The notes beneath the pieces are model-generated. The model was not told the DNA's origin. It searched no databases and was given only the letters and a program-made list of their open reading frames with translations. A stretch of 64,000 bases of DNA from Chiloscyllium plagiosum (Eukaryota). Positions 11,852-26,059 of this stretch are shown piece after piece. The position numbers and the translations under genes are program-made. Where the stretch lies: contig NC_057735.1 of the NCBI RefSeq assembly GCF_004010195.1, positions 33,398,064-33,462,063 of the forward strand, given 5' to 3'. How positions within the stretch are numbered: the first letter of the stretch is position 1; every line of letters begins with the position of its first letter.

Positions 11852-13138
11852 CAAAATGCAGAGACTCCAATAAATCAATTTTAACTACCAGTCACACCAT
11901 TACCATTTCCCAGTATTATTCATACAAATGAGCAACTAAAATAGAGAGATGGACATTCCAACCATGTCTGACTGATCGCAATTTTAATCTTCAGGAAGCA
12001 AGGACATCTGCCTAAGGATTACTTCGTTCATTTTAATGATTTGTTATTGCTGAAGGAAGAGAGAGTTAGCTTCATGTGGAGCACAGAGCATAAATTGAAT
12101 TTTTATTTTAAGCAGTGACTTAAGCTTCTTTACCACAATACACTTGTTTTTTTTCCACCAAAAGGCAAGGTACATGTGAGAGCAAAATCATTGAGGTACT
12201 TACTTTTCCCAAGGAACTCATTAGGAAACCAACAGAGCTGAATCTGAGCGATGCTTTAGAATTCTTGTGCATTGTCCCCAGTCATTTTATCTGTCTGGCC
12301 ACACTGGCGGAGTAATAAAAATTAATCAATTGAAGCAAGTAAGAGAGAGGATTTCAAGCTTATTTATGAATATGCAAAGCATTTTAGACATTGATAATGA
12401 TAAAAGAGGTATCTCTCATGTTTCCATCTCTTAAAATGTCAGGGAAGCAATTGTAATTGTTTTGCACTGAACACACAAGTCCACTTGATATTTATATGTA
12501 TTCCTTCCAACACCGATGGGAGCAGGTTTTGGTATATTGTTTGATCTTGAACTGAATATTTTAGGGTAAAAGGCAACAGAAGAAAGATAATCTAATTCTA
12601 ATGATGTCCAAAAGATAACTATCAAACAAATGATGTGTAACAGAAGCCTAAAAATTGCTTTTTGATACAAAGGCAATTTATCAGAATCCTCAGTGGTTCC
12701 AACAATCTTATCTCAGGCCTGTCCAACAAGAAGATAAAAACAACAGTCCAAATGATTAAACTGCTTCTGAAGACTGAATAGATTTTAGTCAGTCAGGTTT
12801 GTGAAAGCCTCCCAAGTGAATGAAGTTGAGAATTCCAATCACTAGATACTTAGTTGGTGTCCAGTGATTTACCTGCCTCTCATTTACATGTTTTTTGGAA
12901 GTCCATGTAGCCTGGATAAGCAGATGATCAAAGCTTTGGCCTTTGAACGCGGAGTTGACACTCACCTCTGATCATAGTGAAGTGTTGGTTCCCTCACGGA
13001 TCCTTCTGATAGCCATTTGGGAGTCAGGCTAACAATCTGTCCCCATAAAAAAGGTCCTTTTTTTGAGAAATAGAGAATAATCTGCTGGATGTAAAAGCAC
13101 TGGTTTCCAAGTGCTGCAAGGCATGGATGAGAAAGAAG

Positions 13139-13712
13139 GTAAAAACAAGGAATGCAGATGCTGGAAACCAGATTCTGCATTAGAGTGGTGCTGAAAAAGC
13201 ACAGCAGTTCAGGCAGCATCCGAGGAGCAGGAAAATCAACATTTTGGGCAAAAGCCCTTCATCTGGAATAGAGGCAGAGTGCCTGAAGGGTGGAGAGATA
13301 AATGAGAGGGGGGGGGGGGGGGGGAGAAAGTAGCATAGAGTACAGTAGGTGAGTGGGGGTGAGGATGAAGTTGATAGGTCAGGGAGGAAGCAAAGAGTAC
13401 AATGGGGTGGGATGAAGGTGATAGGTCAGAGAGGAGGGTGGAGTGGATAGGTAGAAAGGAAGATAGGTAGGTAGGACAAGTCATGGGGACAGTGCTGAGC
13501 TGGAAGTTTGGAACAGGGGTGAGGTGGGGGAAAGGGAAATGAGGAAACTGGTGAAGTCCACACTGATGCCCTGGGGTTGAAGTGTTCTGAGGCGGAAGAT
13601 GAGGCGTTCTTCCAGGCGTCTGGTGGTGAGGGAGTGGCGGTGAAGGAGGCCCAGGACCTCCATGTCCTCGGCTGAGTGGGAAGGGGAGTTGAAATGTTTG
13701 GCCACAGGGCAG
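13139..13712 (-). mobile_element. Penelope-like element 3' fragment
   Basis: AKHFNSPSHSAEDMEVLGL...EERLIFRLRTLQPQGI; 15-bp TSD tggatgagaaagaag at 13124-13138 and 13713-13727. Confidence 0.93.
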
Positions 13713-14307
13713 TGGATGAGAAAGAAGAAGCTCTGTGAAAGCTGCCCTTGTCCTCCCCGCTCTTCGCCCCTCTTCCCCCATCACTGAAAATCTATCGGAA
13801 CTGGACTTATGTACACATTCTCCCTTTTTTCCCCTATCTGTCTGCTTTTGATATCCTGTAGCTGCCAACATCTAATCTTTCAACGTCTGTGAACTATGTG
13901 ACTCAGTCATCAAACATTCCGTGCTGAACTGACTAGTGAGATACTTCATTTTAAATTCCCATCATCTTGTTTTAACTTTTCAGCGCATCTAGAGGTCAGC
14001 AGTTTATATACTGATGCAGACTCTGCTGTGTAATACTTGGGCAAAATCACACTTATTCAAGCATATGCATGGGTGACTCTTCCATGAATCGAATAGTGAT
14101 TTAATCAGCATTCAAAGAAGTTAATGGTTAGTAATGATGTGGGTGAGCTTTAAAGAGCCTCTGAATGTGAACGACACCGTTTTCATTAAAACATTTTTTC
14201 AGTGTTTCAAGATTTTGTGGAGCCTTAATATTTTAGATCCAGAATATTCCTGTGTAAGTTTTCAATTATTGGCGAAAATTGGCTGTGCCAGTACATTGCT
14301 GATGAAG

Positions 14308-14432
14308 TTCCTGATGAAGGGTTTTTGCCTGAAACATATAATTTTCCTGCTCCTCGGATGCTGCCTGACCTGCTGTGCTTTTCCAGCACCCATTCTAATC
14401 TTGACTCTAATCTGCAGTCCTCACTTTCATCC
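14308..14432 (+). mobile_element. Solo PLE terminus (family A) with intact hammerhead core
   Basis: CUGAUGA-A-GGGU-UUUU-GCCU-GAAAC-AUA at 14311-14338, then cctgctcctcggatgctgcctgacctg...ctcactttc. Confidence 0.85.
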
Positions 14433-14581
14433 AGTGAATTGCTATGCCATTTCCATGTTTTGAATGACATGCCAAATCTGTTCGCTACGAGCCAACTCGG
14501 TTTTAAGTGAATGTGGTAGCATTTGAATTTTGAGAAAGGGTAAGAATTACAATTCCTCTTGGCAGGGAGGAAAGACCATTA

Positions 14582-17500
14582 TATATAGGAGCAGAATTAG
14601 GCCATTCGGCCCACCGAGCCTGTTCTGCCATTCGATCATTGCTGATATGTTTCTCAACCTTATTTTCCTGCCTCCTCTCCATTTCTCACAACTCAGATCC
14701 CCTTAATAATCAACAAAATATTTATCTTTGTTTTAATTACACTTAATGACTTGGCCTCCACAGCCCTCTGCAGCAATGAGTTTCATAGATTAACCACCCT
14801 CAGGCTGTATAAATTCCTTTCCATCTCAGTTTTAAAGTCCTCAGGTCACAGTCTCTCCTACTGGTGCAAATATCTTCTCCATGTCAACTCTGTCCAAGCT
14901 TTCCAGTATTCTGTAAGTTTCAATCTGATTTTCCCCCTCATCCTTCTAAACTTCATTGAGTACAGACCCAGAGTCCACAACCATTCCTCAAATGACAAAC
15001 CATTCATCCCTGGGATCATTCTTATAAACTTCCCCTGAACCCCCTCCAATGCTAGCACATTCTTCCTAAGATATGGGGCCCTGAACTGCTTAACTATTGC
15101 AAATGTGGTCTGACCAGAGCCTTATATGGTCTCAGCAGTATATCTCTGCTCTTGTATTCTAATGCTGACATTGCATTTGCCTTCCTAACTGCCAACTGAA
15201 CCTGCATTTTTACCTTAGGAAAGTCCTGAACTAAGACCTCCAAGTCCCCTTTGTGCTTTAGATTTTGGAAGCGTTTCCCGTTTTGAAAATAGTCAATGCC
15301 TGTATTCTTCCTATCAAAGTGCATAACCTCAAACTTTCCTACATTATATTCCATCTGCCAATTCTTTGCCCACTCTCCTGGTCTGTCCGAGTCCTCCTGC
15401 AGCCTCCCTGCTTCCTTAACACCATCTGCCCCACCACATGCTTTTGTTTCATTTGTAATTTAGCAAAAGTGGCCTCGGTTCCTTCATTCAGATTGTTTAT
15501 GTGTAACATGAATCGTGTGGTCCCAACATAGACCCCTGCGGAACTCCACTAGTCAATTGCTGTCATCCTGAAAAAGACTCCTTTATCCTTATTATCTAAC
15601 TTCTGCCAGTTAGCCAATTCTATATCCATACCAGTACCTTGCCCCTAGGACCATGGGCTCTTATTTTAGCAGCCTATTAGATACTCAAATAAATAATTTC
15701 TATTAGCTGTCCTTTATCTAACTTGCTCATTAACTCCTCAAAGAATTCTGATAGATTTGTTAGACATGACTACCCCTTGATGAAGCCATTCTGACTATTT
15801 CGTGAAACACTTCCAAGTGCTCTTCAATTTCATCCTTAATATCTTCCCAATTGCTGAGGTCAGGCTAACCAGCCTATAATTTCTTGCTGTCTTCTGTCTC
15901 CCTACCTTCTTAAATAGGGGTGTTACATTAGCCATTTTCAGTCTTCTCGCATCCTTCTTGCCTCCAGTGATTTGTGAAAGACCACCACCAATATCTGCAC
16001 AGTCTCTTCAGCTATGTCCTTCAGAACTCAGGGCTGTGGTCCATTTGGTGTGGGGAACCCATTTATCTTCAAACCTTTAGGTTTCTTCAGCACCTTCACC
16101 TTAGTGATGGCCACTACTCTCACCTGTTCTCTGACTCTGTTGAAGTTCTGGTAGCTGTTAGTTTCTTCCACCGTGAAAACTGATTTAAAATACATGTGCA
16201 GTACCTCTGTCATTTCTTTGGTCCCCATTATTACTTATCCAGTGGTCCGATGTCCAACCTTTACTCTCTCTTACATTTTTGATATCTCAGAAAAACTCTT
16301 GCAGTCTTCTATTATACTACTCGTTAGCTTCTTCTGATATTTCATCTTCTGCCTGCTTATTGTTTTTTTCAGTTTTCCTCTGCAGTTTTTTAACGGTTTT
16401 CCAATCATCAGGCTTCCCAATGATCTTCGCTACATTGTATGCTTTTCATTTTGAAGTAGTGCTGTCTCTGACTTCAGCTACAGTTGCTTTATCCTCCCAT
16501 CAGTTTATTTCATCCTCCTTGGGTTGAATTTCTGCTGTGCCTCCTAGAATACCACCAGAAATTTTTGCCATTGCTGCTTCACCATCTTCCCTGCTATGCT
16601 CCCCTTCCAATCAGTTCTGGCCAGTTCCTTCCTCATATCTTTGTATTTACCTTTACTTCATTTGTTTTAATGTTATATTTGATTCCAGTTTTTCCATTTC
16701 AAACTGCAGGATGAATTCTGTCATATTGGGGTTCCTTCACCTTCAGCTCCTAACCAAGTCAGCCTCATCATGCATCACCAAATCAGAATTGCCTGTTCCA
16801 TAATGGACTCTCCCACAGGCTGCTACAAAAAAAAATCTTATAGACATTCCACTAATTCCTCCTTTTGAGATCTGCTGCCAACCTAATTTTCCCAGTCCAC
16901 CTGCATATGAAGTCCTCCATGATTATTGTAGTAGTGCCTTTCTTACATGCCTTTTCTATCTCATCTGATTTATTCTCTTCCCCACATCCTGGCTCTTGCT
17001 AGGTGGCCTGTACACCACTTCTATTAGGTCCTTTTCTACTTTGCAGTTTCCCAACACTACCCACACAGATTCTATGCTTTCTGACGATATATCATTTCTT
17101 GCATTTCATACTAGCAAGGCAACCCTGAGCCCTTCTGCCCATCTTCCTATCCTTTCAATAAGATGCTTATGGCTAGATATTTAGTTCCCAACCCTGACCA
17201 TCTTCCAGCCATATCTCCATCATACCACAGCATCATACGTTCCAATTTCAATCTGCACTACAAGCTCATTCACCTTGTTTGCATGCATTTATGCACAACA
17301 CTGTCAGTCCTGGGAGTGACTGCTCTCCTCCTCATAATTGACTTCTTATCTGCTGTGCCTGAAATCAGATTCCTGATCCTTTCCATACTCTCTGTCCTGT
17401 TACCTGTTCTGGAAACTTTTGTATCCCTTTGCAGAGCTTCGCCTCCCCATTTTAACTTTTTCCATAATTTTTCATGCAACGGGACCCACCTCCCCACTAT
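14582..17500 (-). mobile_element. CR1 LINE, near-complete decayed ORF2
   Basis: MEYNVGKFEVMHF, YKALVRPHL, ALEGVQGKFIRMIPGM; endonuclease-like N-terminus near 17300; CR1 3' tail near 14585. Confidence 0.92.
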
Positions 17501-20500
17501 TTAAAACCAATGGTCTGAGATCTTTTGTTAAATTGATCACGAGATGCGGTTCAGAATTTGTGTTGTTTGTGGTTCCTTTTTTTTTACTCCTGCAATAACC
17601 AGTTGATATCAGACCTGTTAATTATTTGGAAGTTGAAAGAGTCTGTTTTCAGTGGCATCATTGCTTCTATTAATGGTACTCTAATCATTTGCCAAAAAAT
17701 TGTGTATGTATAATGGGGTCTTGTGCTGTAGCACCACCTTCTATAGCACTGTGGTGCCAATAATATCAACTAATTTTGATATATTTTAATATACTAAAGG
17801 AGGGAAGTATAAGAAATGAGTAACTGTTTGTACTCTTTTATATGGTTATGGTCCTTAAGGCATTAATTTAGAGGCATTGATTCTTGTCAGTCAGTATTCT
17901 TTAAGAAATGAAAAGATAAAGTGAGAATTACTGAGATGATCACTGTCATTATAAGAAGTAAGTATATTGTGAATTACAAGTTTGCCAAAAGAAGTGCTGT
18001 ACTACTTATCATCTAAGAAAAAGGCCATAATTACATATGTTTAATTCTTAATATATTAATTCAGTATGTTAACAAAGTATGCTTTGATGGAAAGAAAATA
18101 GGCCCTTTGATTTAAAAATATACCATGGGTTCCAGTTGAAAGGAAATGAAGAAATAGCCTTAGATAATATGTAAGGCACAGGAAAGGAAGGTCACATGAA
18201 GAGATGATGTGGAGTGCTCATATAGAAACAGACATCCTGAAAGGTTGCCCACTGGGCTATGCTGAATTCAAATCATTTCCATCATATCCTGTGGGAGAAA
18301 CCTTCATTTAAACAACAAAACTATTGGATCCTTAAGAAATTCTTCCTTAAATGGCAATATGTGACATCACTCACCTATGATACTCTCCAAGCGACCTGTA
18401 ACTATAGATGACTTATCCAGCAGTGGGTAATTTAACCTGATTCATTTTTCTCTGCTTTTCCAGTCATTTCCTGATTTTAACTCTTTATTTATTCACCTTT
18501 CATCACTAATGTTAACATTAACTGATTGAGTTTTAATTGTGAGAAAAATTGTATACCATATTTTGTCTGTTTTTCTTGCAGAGGTAGTATGATCTTTATC
18601 TTAGCTTTTTTTTTCCTGAATGTTCTTGATATTTGGGGTGAATATAAGTGATTATGACTTCTCTTTGACATTGATTCAGCAGTAAACTTTACCCAATATT
18701 AGATAACAATAATAGATTAACTACTCAAATATGTTTGAATTCAATAGTAAGAAGCAAAACATTGTTAAATATTCAAAAAATCTCCCTTATTTAGTTTTAA
18801 GTATTGATATCACAATCTGGGAAATCAGTGGTGCAATTTAGGACAATTAATCATTATATTTTCCCGAAAAACATCTGTTTTGTATTAAGTAATACTTTCG
18901 ATGATATTTCTAGTCTAAGTGTTTCAGACTTGTTTTATTTTTGAAAGTTCCTGTCTTCCTCTGCAGCATTTAATCAATTATGTAGCAATAAAATACCAGG
19001 TACCAATAATGTTGTGAAACAGAAAATTCTAGATTTGAATCTCAGTTGTCAAATGTTTGCTTTAGATTACATCTGTTTGTGAAATGTATTAACAAGATCA
19101 GAATCTGAGAAGTGTTTAACGCCAAATACTTTGTTTATTTTTGAGAATTGATAGAAGATAATTGAAATTACTGGGACAAAATGAATAGACACACCCAGTT
19201 TCAGATACATACTAAGTTACATAACAACAATTTCTAGCATATTGTTTTAGGATTTCCGTCCAAAAGTTATTATTTGTGATGTAGCCCATATGTATTTTGG
19301 TGCATAATACTTTATTTACAGAGTGAACACTACTCTATCAACAGTGAATTACTATGAACAAAAGGGAGACAAGTTGTCTTTGACTGTAATATCAAAGCCC
19401 TTAGCTGGAAATATATTATCACAGATAAGAATAAAAAAAGTGGATCATTGTCAGTTAAGGGCGTATTAACTTCTCATCACGGTTCAGGTACAGTTTGTTT
19501 GCTATATTGATTGTCAGTGGGTGTGACTGTTCTCAAAGGCTTCATATTTTCTCATGGGACTGCAAGCACAGAGAGTAGTGTTTCTGATGCGAACATTTGA
19601 AATAGGTCTATGATTTTAAAAAACAAAACCAAAATGAAAGAATTCATGTGAATTTACAAAATTAATGAAAGGCCAGCAATTTTCCTATTCAAGCATACAG
19701 TTTAACATGATGAGGAAGACATTGTATCTACATTGTGCTTTGTGGTGGAGGCCTTTTGCTATAACATTCCACATTCCACATTCTTTATCTGATGACAAAA
19801 ATAAATCAGCAAAGTGATGTTACCAGTAACATTCATATGATAAGATTAATCTACAGTAGATTCACTGGTCAGCTATTACTATAGATGTGCATCTTTTGAA
19901 AGGAGTTGGAATAAATTGTAAAGATTCTGCAGTGAGATGCATCTGCCCAAGAAAATTGATGTGTTGCATATTAAACACAAGATATATGTTAAACCTACAT
20001 AATGTGCTTTAGGAAAGCTATTTATTTTTTGTAGATTAGCTGCTATGAGGTGAAATAAATACTCTATCTCTGACTATAAAATCATTATGCATAAAATACT
20101 CTACGCTGTACATGCAACACCATGAATCTGTTGCTTGCTATATAATCCTTCTTTCAGATCTTAAGAAGTAGAAAGACTGTCAGTTGTGTTGTTTTAGTGA
20201 TAAGCGATTCTTGAGGTTTTGGACCGTTGGATGATGCTTTGTGATTATTTTTCCATTTTTTAAAGTAGGAAAATGCATTTAATAATGTCTATAAGGACAA
20301 AACCATGTCACTTTCATTGGGATGTTTGATATAATTGACAGATATTTTATTGAATTGACATTCAGGTGCTAGCCCAGTTCTTGCAATGATTACTTTATAA
20401 TCCTCTCACATTATATGATCTATTGTGTAACAACTAAGGGATAGGTGAGAGCTAAGGGACCGAACAGCTACATGGGATACTGTGCCAATATTTCATTAAA

Positions 20501-20949
20501 TGGAACCAGTTCTTCTAACCTGTCAGTCTCGACATTCCCATGCATCTTTTTCCACCTCAGACCTGCTGGTACTTTAGCACTTCTTCAACTGTGGGGATTC
20601 AAAATTACAGTTGCATGGGTTCACTTTCAGAAGTTGGGTACATGATGTCAGCACATAGATTAAAATAGGGGTTGACCTTGCCCTGTGAGTCTGCAGTATC
20701 AGGTATAGATAATTGCTGATGACAGCAGAGAATTGCCAAGGTGGTCGGAAGTTCACTGACAGAACGATTTGATTTCCTTCAGCAAGACCAATGGGCAACA
20801 ACTGTACATCAGGGCCAGTAGTCCCCAAACTCAATCAATTTTTTATCACAGAATTTCTAACAAGCTAGTTCTTCAAAGGACTGCCTCTTTGATGTTTGCA
20901 GATGTGTAAAAGAACCGCCAACTATATCATTCAACTGAATCAACAGTAT

Positions 20950-21320
20950 TATTATTATGTAGCATCTTGAAGGAACTCCCATGAGTCCAGGGTACATTCA
21001 TTATACCAATGTTGCCATTTGTACTTCTCTTCTCCCTTGTATAGTCTGACTGAATTTAAAATGATGGCTACTTGAGCAATATTAGCCAAAAACAGCATTT
21101 TTGCCATGCATTCCAAAAACCCGTTTTGATTATAATAACTGAAAACAGGGAAGTCTCGGTACGATCCAAAACCATTTTACTGAATGGAATATTTTTCCCA
21201 ATTCAAGTCTTCGAACTCTGTTGCTTTGCAGAAAAAAAAGCTTTTCTATATTGTAGTTGAGTTTTCCAGGTTGTTGTACTTCTGCAAGAATTTATCGTTC
21301 CAGTGACTTAGAATGATGCA
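20950..21320 (-). mobile_element. Possible decayed RTE-clade LINE C-terminus
   Basis: KGEEKYKWQHWYNECTLDSWEFLQDAT loosely resembles RTE GR.R..W.D.I.EWT..S...L..A. Confidence 0.3.
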
Positions 21321-21412
21321 AAATAGAATGATGCAATTCTGTAGTATCTTATATTTGATCATTATAAATGAGTCTTGCATTTATGCATTGTCTGTAGATG
21401 TTCGTGGAATCC

Positions 21413-21515
21413 ATAGAATCATAGAATCCCTACAGTGTGGAAACAGGCCTTCATCTCAACAAGGCCACACTGGCCTTCCGAAGAGTATCCCACCCAAACC
21501 CATTCCCCTACTCTA
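21413..21515 (-). mobile_element. HE1/HER1 3' tail fragment
   Basis: atagaatcatagaatccctacagtgtggaaacaggcc. Confidence 0.8.
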
Positions 21516-22409
21516 TGTTGTAGTTATAGTCCCAGCTGATGTTAATTACTCCAGTTAGATACCAGAATGAAACCTGGCATGATAGATCATTTGTTTAATT
21601 TTTACAATTGGGGGTTTGTCATTGAACTTTTATCTATAAGGCTGCAAGTGTTCTTTAACAGCAGAGCCCTCATTTATTATGTGAAAGAAGAAAAAGAAAC
21701 AAACCAAATATAGAGAACAGCTTAAAAAGATTTTAACAAAAAGAAGAAAACAAAATCTCGGCCTGTTTCCTAACACTATCCTTGACAGTGATGAAAACCC
21801 AGAGAAATATTATTCCTGTCACAACTGTCATTTCTCTACTAACTGACTCTTTTCTCCTTCTTATCATTGGAGTGGAGAGAGTTTGACAATTTGTTTCCAA
21901 GTCGGATACAATGAATCTGGATTTAATTCTAATGGCTTAAACCTCTTTTCAGTTTGGATTTTTGTAAAACTGTATACCTTTTCACAATCTGGATGTTTCA
22001 CAAACAAAAACCATCTCTACAAAAGTGACTGATTCTTCCCTGAAATCCTGACCTTCTGTTCTGAAGTCAGACCAAAACTAGCAGCACTGATTTGTTTTCA
22101 CTGCGTATCATATAGTCAACAGTGTAAACATTTTGTCCATTAAAATCACTGATACCCAGCCCAGCACTTAACCAAAGTCTTGTAAATGGTGCAGTTGCAT
22201 TCTGGAGAATATATTTAGGTCTCTGTTTCAACCAACTTTCTGACCTTTAAAAAGGATACCTTCACAGAATTAACCACAATTCATATACTTCTTTTTAAAA
22301 TCTAAACCTAAAATGATGATATATCTTGGATACTACTTACCATGTTAGTTAATGATGTGTATTTTGAGTGTAGTTATTTTTGTAAAATGGAAAATACTAG
22401 CCACTGTTG

Positions 22410-22600
22410 TACATTGCGGGACTTGCTGTTCAATGTGACGTTGCGTCGATAATCTGTTTTGGCAATCTTATTTCAGGGATTAATATTTGCCTGGACCTTT
22501 GGGAGAACTCCCTTCCTCTTTTTAGAATTGTGCCAGTGGATCTTTCATGTCCACCTGAGAGGTCAAACTGAAAATCAGTTCAACATTTCGTTTGAAAGAT
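22410..22600 (-). mobile_element. Deu-domain SINE (SacSINE1-like)
   Basis: ggagaactccct..ctct..ttagaattgtgcc..tggatctttcatgtccacctgagag. Confidence 0.55.
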
Positions 22601-22779
22601 GTATAACAGAGACAAATAGTCTACGTGCAGGAGGAAACGGTATACTGCTACAAGTACAGTAGCTTTTTGTTCAGGACAAGTTCTTCTTTAGTTGATAAAA
22701 GACGGTATCATGCCTGTTGACTGCATTAAAAATAACTAACTGTAAGAGTACTGTCTGCAGTCGGTCATCTGCTAGTCAT

Positions 22780-23030
22780 ATGAGTTGTATTGGGAGGAAT
22801 GGGAACAAGAGCGGGAAAGGAAGATATTGTTCCAACGTGTTTACACTTTTTTTAATGTGTCATTCCTGTTTATTCTTCAACCAATCAACCACCTTTTACC
22901 TTTAAATTTTGCACAAATTGAAACCACATGTACAGGAGAAGCACCAAGGATTATGCATTATAAATCACTTGATACACGTAATGTTGAATCCCAGAAGCTT
23001 CTTTTTGATGTGGGAGGAGATGCATAGTAA
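22780..23030 (+). pseudogene. Possible decayed Harbinger transposase N-terminal remnant
   Basis: Across frameshifts WEEWEQERERK and TTFYL-ILHKLKPHVQEK resemble Harbinger W....RE..G and TF..LL..I.P.I.K. Confidence 0.3.
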
Positions 23031-23501
23031 AATGAAGGGAAAAAAGATGATATGTGCAAAATTAGATCTCAGTTTTCTGTATCTTCTAAAGGCAAAGCTG
23101 TCTTATTCAGTCATCGATGAATTTTACCAAAATATTATTTTATTGCTTGCTCAGAATTTCTTTGTCAAATTGATGGCAACCTAGGAAGAAACAGGATATA
23201 GAAAAGACAACTCAAGGAATACAGAAAATTGTGAATCCCTGTTTTATATATAGTTAATGGTACATGTCAGCATTTCTTTCATCTAGCTACATTCATTAAT
23301 ATAGAGAATGTCAAATGCAATAGAGCTAACAAATGAACGTTACATAGTAAACCAGTGAACTTTATTTTTGAGATTTTTTTCTGGCCATGACATTGAAAAT
23401 CCTCATTAATTAAATACAGGCAATTGTAAGTTTTCTACATATGATCCAGTTTGGATGAAAAAACAATGGTGTCTGAGCAATCTATATCAATTTTTCATCA
23501 A

Positions 23502-23818
23502 GGTGGCACAGTGGCTCAGCGGTTAGCCTCACAGCGCCAGGGACCTGAGTTCAATTCCAACCTCTGGCGACTGTTTGGAGTTTGCATGTTCATCCCATGT
23601 CTCTGTTAGGTCCTCCCTTGGTCCAAAGATGTGCAGATTAGGTGGATTAGTCATGCTACATTGCTCATATTATCCAGGCCTGCGTAGGTTAGGTGTGTTA
23701 GCCATGGGAAATGCAGGGTTACAAGAATAGAGTAAGTGAGTGGGATGCTCTTCAGGGGATCGGTGTGGACTTGGTGAGCCAATTGGCCTGCTTCTACACT
23801 GTTGGGATTCTCTGAATC
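23502..23818 (+). mobile_element. HE1 SINE
   Basis: ggtggcacagtggctcagcgg, B-box, HE1 body, gggattc tail. Confidence 0.88.
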
Positions 23819-24229
23819 TAGAGATCGAGAATCTGCACTGGTCATAAACAACCACCTGACTATTATAATCCGATTTTCAGGACTTGGCCCATAGCATTGT
23901 AGGCCTTGGTATTGTAAGTGTACATCTAAATACTATATAAACGTTATGTTGGTTTCACCTCTAGCACCTTTACAGGCAATATGTTTCAAATTTCCACCAT
24001 CTTTTGGGTGGAAAAATGGTTTGCTCACATCCCTTCTGCCCCTTATCAAAAATTTGTGCTCCCTTGGTTATTGATCCCTGTCTATGCCCACCATGATTCA
24101 TACTTTACAGTCATGTATCCCCTCACCTCACCACCACCACCGCGCCCCCTCCCCCTCCGCCCCCCATTCTCCTGTTTGCCCTGTTCGTTTCTGGTGCCTA
24201 GATTGATGCCAGGAGTGATCTGTTTGGCT

Positions 24230-24480
24230 TTACAACTGAGTGGCTTGTTAAGTCATTTCAGGGGGCAGTTAGGAGTCAATCATGTTGCTGTAACCAGCTG
24301 AGAAGATTACTGAGCCAGATGGGTTTTATGATAAGGGACAGTGGTTAACTGGCTGCCATTAGGTTGTTTTTTTTAAACTTCAGATATTATTGCATTCAAA
24401 TTTCACCATCTGCATGACCCAATAAAGTAAGTCTGGGACTTTGAATTATGAGTGCAGAAACATTAACAAGTTACCACAAT
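24230..24480 (-). mobile_element. Decayed shark SINE (non-HE1)
   Basis: ggggcagttaggagtcaatcatgttgctg and ttcaaatttcaccatctgc motifs recalled from a common shark SINE. Confidence 0.45.
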
Positions 24481-25635
24481 TCCAACTCCACCATCTTTCC
24501 CCCCCCCCCCCCCCCCCCACCCCAATACATATTTCTTTGTTATCTCCTTTTAAGTCTTCATCCTTTAAATGAAAATTTGGGATTATGTGTACCTACTTTA
24601 TGTATAAATGGAACTTGATTGTTTGCTTCTGTTGTTATGTGGTTGTAAATCCTGAAAATCTTGTCCAAACTATGGAATTGAGTCACAATTTTTAAATTAT
24701 TTCCCATTTACCAAGCTGGTTTTGACTTCAGTTACTATTTCTGTGAAGGTGCTCTTAAATTTTCATTGAATCCATATTAATAATTGAAAAAAAAACCTTA
24801 ATACATCTTGGAGCAAAATGATTTTGAAACTCTCATGAACAGGATTCCTAAATTGTTCACCATTTGATCAATGGCATCCTTCAGCCTTAACATTTTTCAA
24901 GTTCCAAGTCCAGATTAGAAGGAACATTTGGTTTGCCTGGTTTCCGTCAAGACATACAAATTGTGAAACAGCAGATTCTTGATCTTTTAGCTTCAAAGTT
25001 GTGGTTCAAGCTGGTACAATGGAACATTTCTCTTTGTCCTGAAGGTAAACACGAGAGATGAGTGACAGTTGCTGGCTTTATCAGACATGCTGCAACCTGT
25101 GAACAAGTATAAAAATGTTAAACGTGTTAAAATTGTTTTTCAGATAATTTGATTGAACAATGTAATGGGTACTTACATTGTGACATAGGGAAATGATGGA
25201 AACATTGGTGCTTCAGTGACCAGGAAGTATAACCTGAACACCAGTTGAATACAACTTTTAGTTGTTCAGGCAAACCAAGAGGACTCCACATTTGTTCAAT
25301 TAGCTTTTTACTTTCCTGGAAAACTTTACAAACGTGAGTCAATGAACAATGTTTTCTTTCAAGCAGTAAACACAAAACACGTTCTGTATTAGAAATGAAT
25401 GATTAATGAGTTTCTTTTCACATTGCCATTTTTTTAAAGGCAGGTCTGTAAATGTTTTTATTTTGTCCTTGTTTTCTGTCGTATTTTGACTTGAGATGGG
25501 ATCAGTGGGGGTCCTGAAAGGGAATGCAGCATTCAAATCCATCAGGAATTTAAGTGCAGCAGTTACACAGAAACAAAAACAGAAACTGTTGGAAAAACTC
25601 AGCAGGTTTGGCAGCATCTGTGAAGAGAAATCAGA

Positions 25636-25671
25636 GTTAACGTGTTGAGTCTAATGACCCTTCTTCAGAAC
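25636..25671 (-). ncRNA. Minimal hammerhead motif (family C), GAAA box mutated
   Basis: GUU-CUGAAGA-A-GGGUC-AUUA-GACUC-AACAC-GUU-AAC; stem I GUU/AAC. Confidence 0.6.
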
Positions 25672-26059
25672 TGATGGGAGCTAGGGATGTGTTGGTTTTA
25701 ATGCAGGAGATAGAGGGAGGGAAGGGGTAAAAATTAAACAATAGGTGGAGATAGAGTCCATATGGAGAGAAAAGCAGATGGACAGATAAATATCAGATAA
25801 CAATCAGCCTCGTAGAATGAATAGCGGCTAATGGGGACTCTTAGTGGCTGACAATGTGTATAATAGCAGACCCTGTGGTAACAAGGTGTAATGAGTGGGT
25901 GTGGGGGAAAGCATGGGGAAGGTGCTTAAGGCTCAAAATTGTTGAACTTGATATTGAATTCAGAAAGCTGTAGAGTTCCAAAGCAGAAAATTAGGTGCTG
26001 TTCTTTCAGGTTGCACTGAGCTTCACTGGACCACTACAGCAAGCCTGATGCAGAGATGT

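Noticed and set aside
13236-13871. 211-aa ORF, and the 218-aa ORF at 63130-63786
   Set aside because: Chimeric off-frame readings through PLE and HE1 repeats
24902-25044. Possible exon (SKSRLEGTFGLPGFRQDIQIVKQQILDLL...) with AG/GT ends
   Set aside because: Peptide not recognised, weak acceptor, no compatible partner exon found
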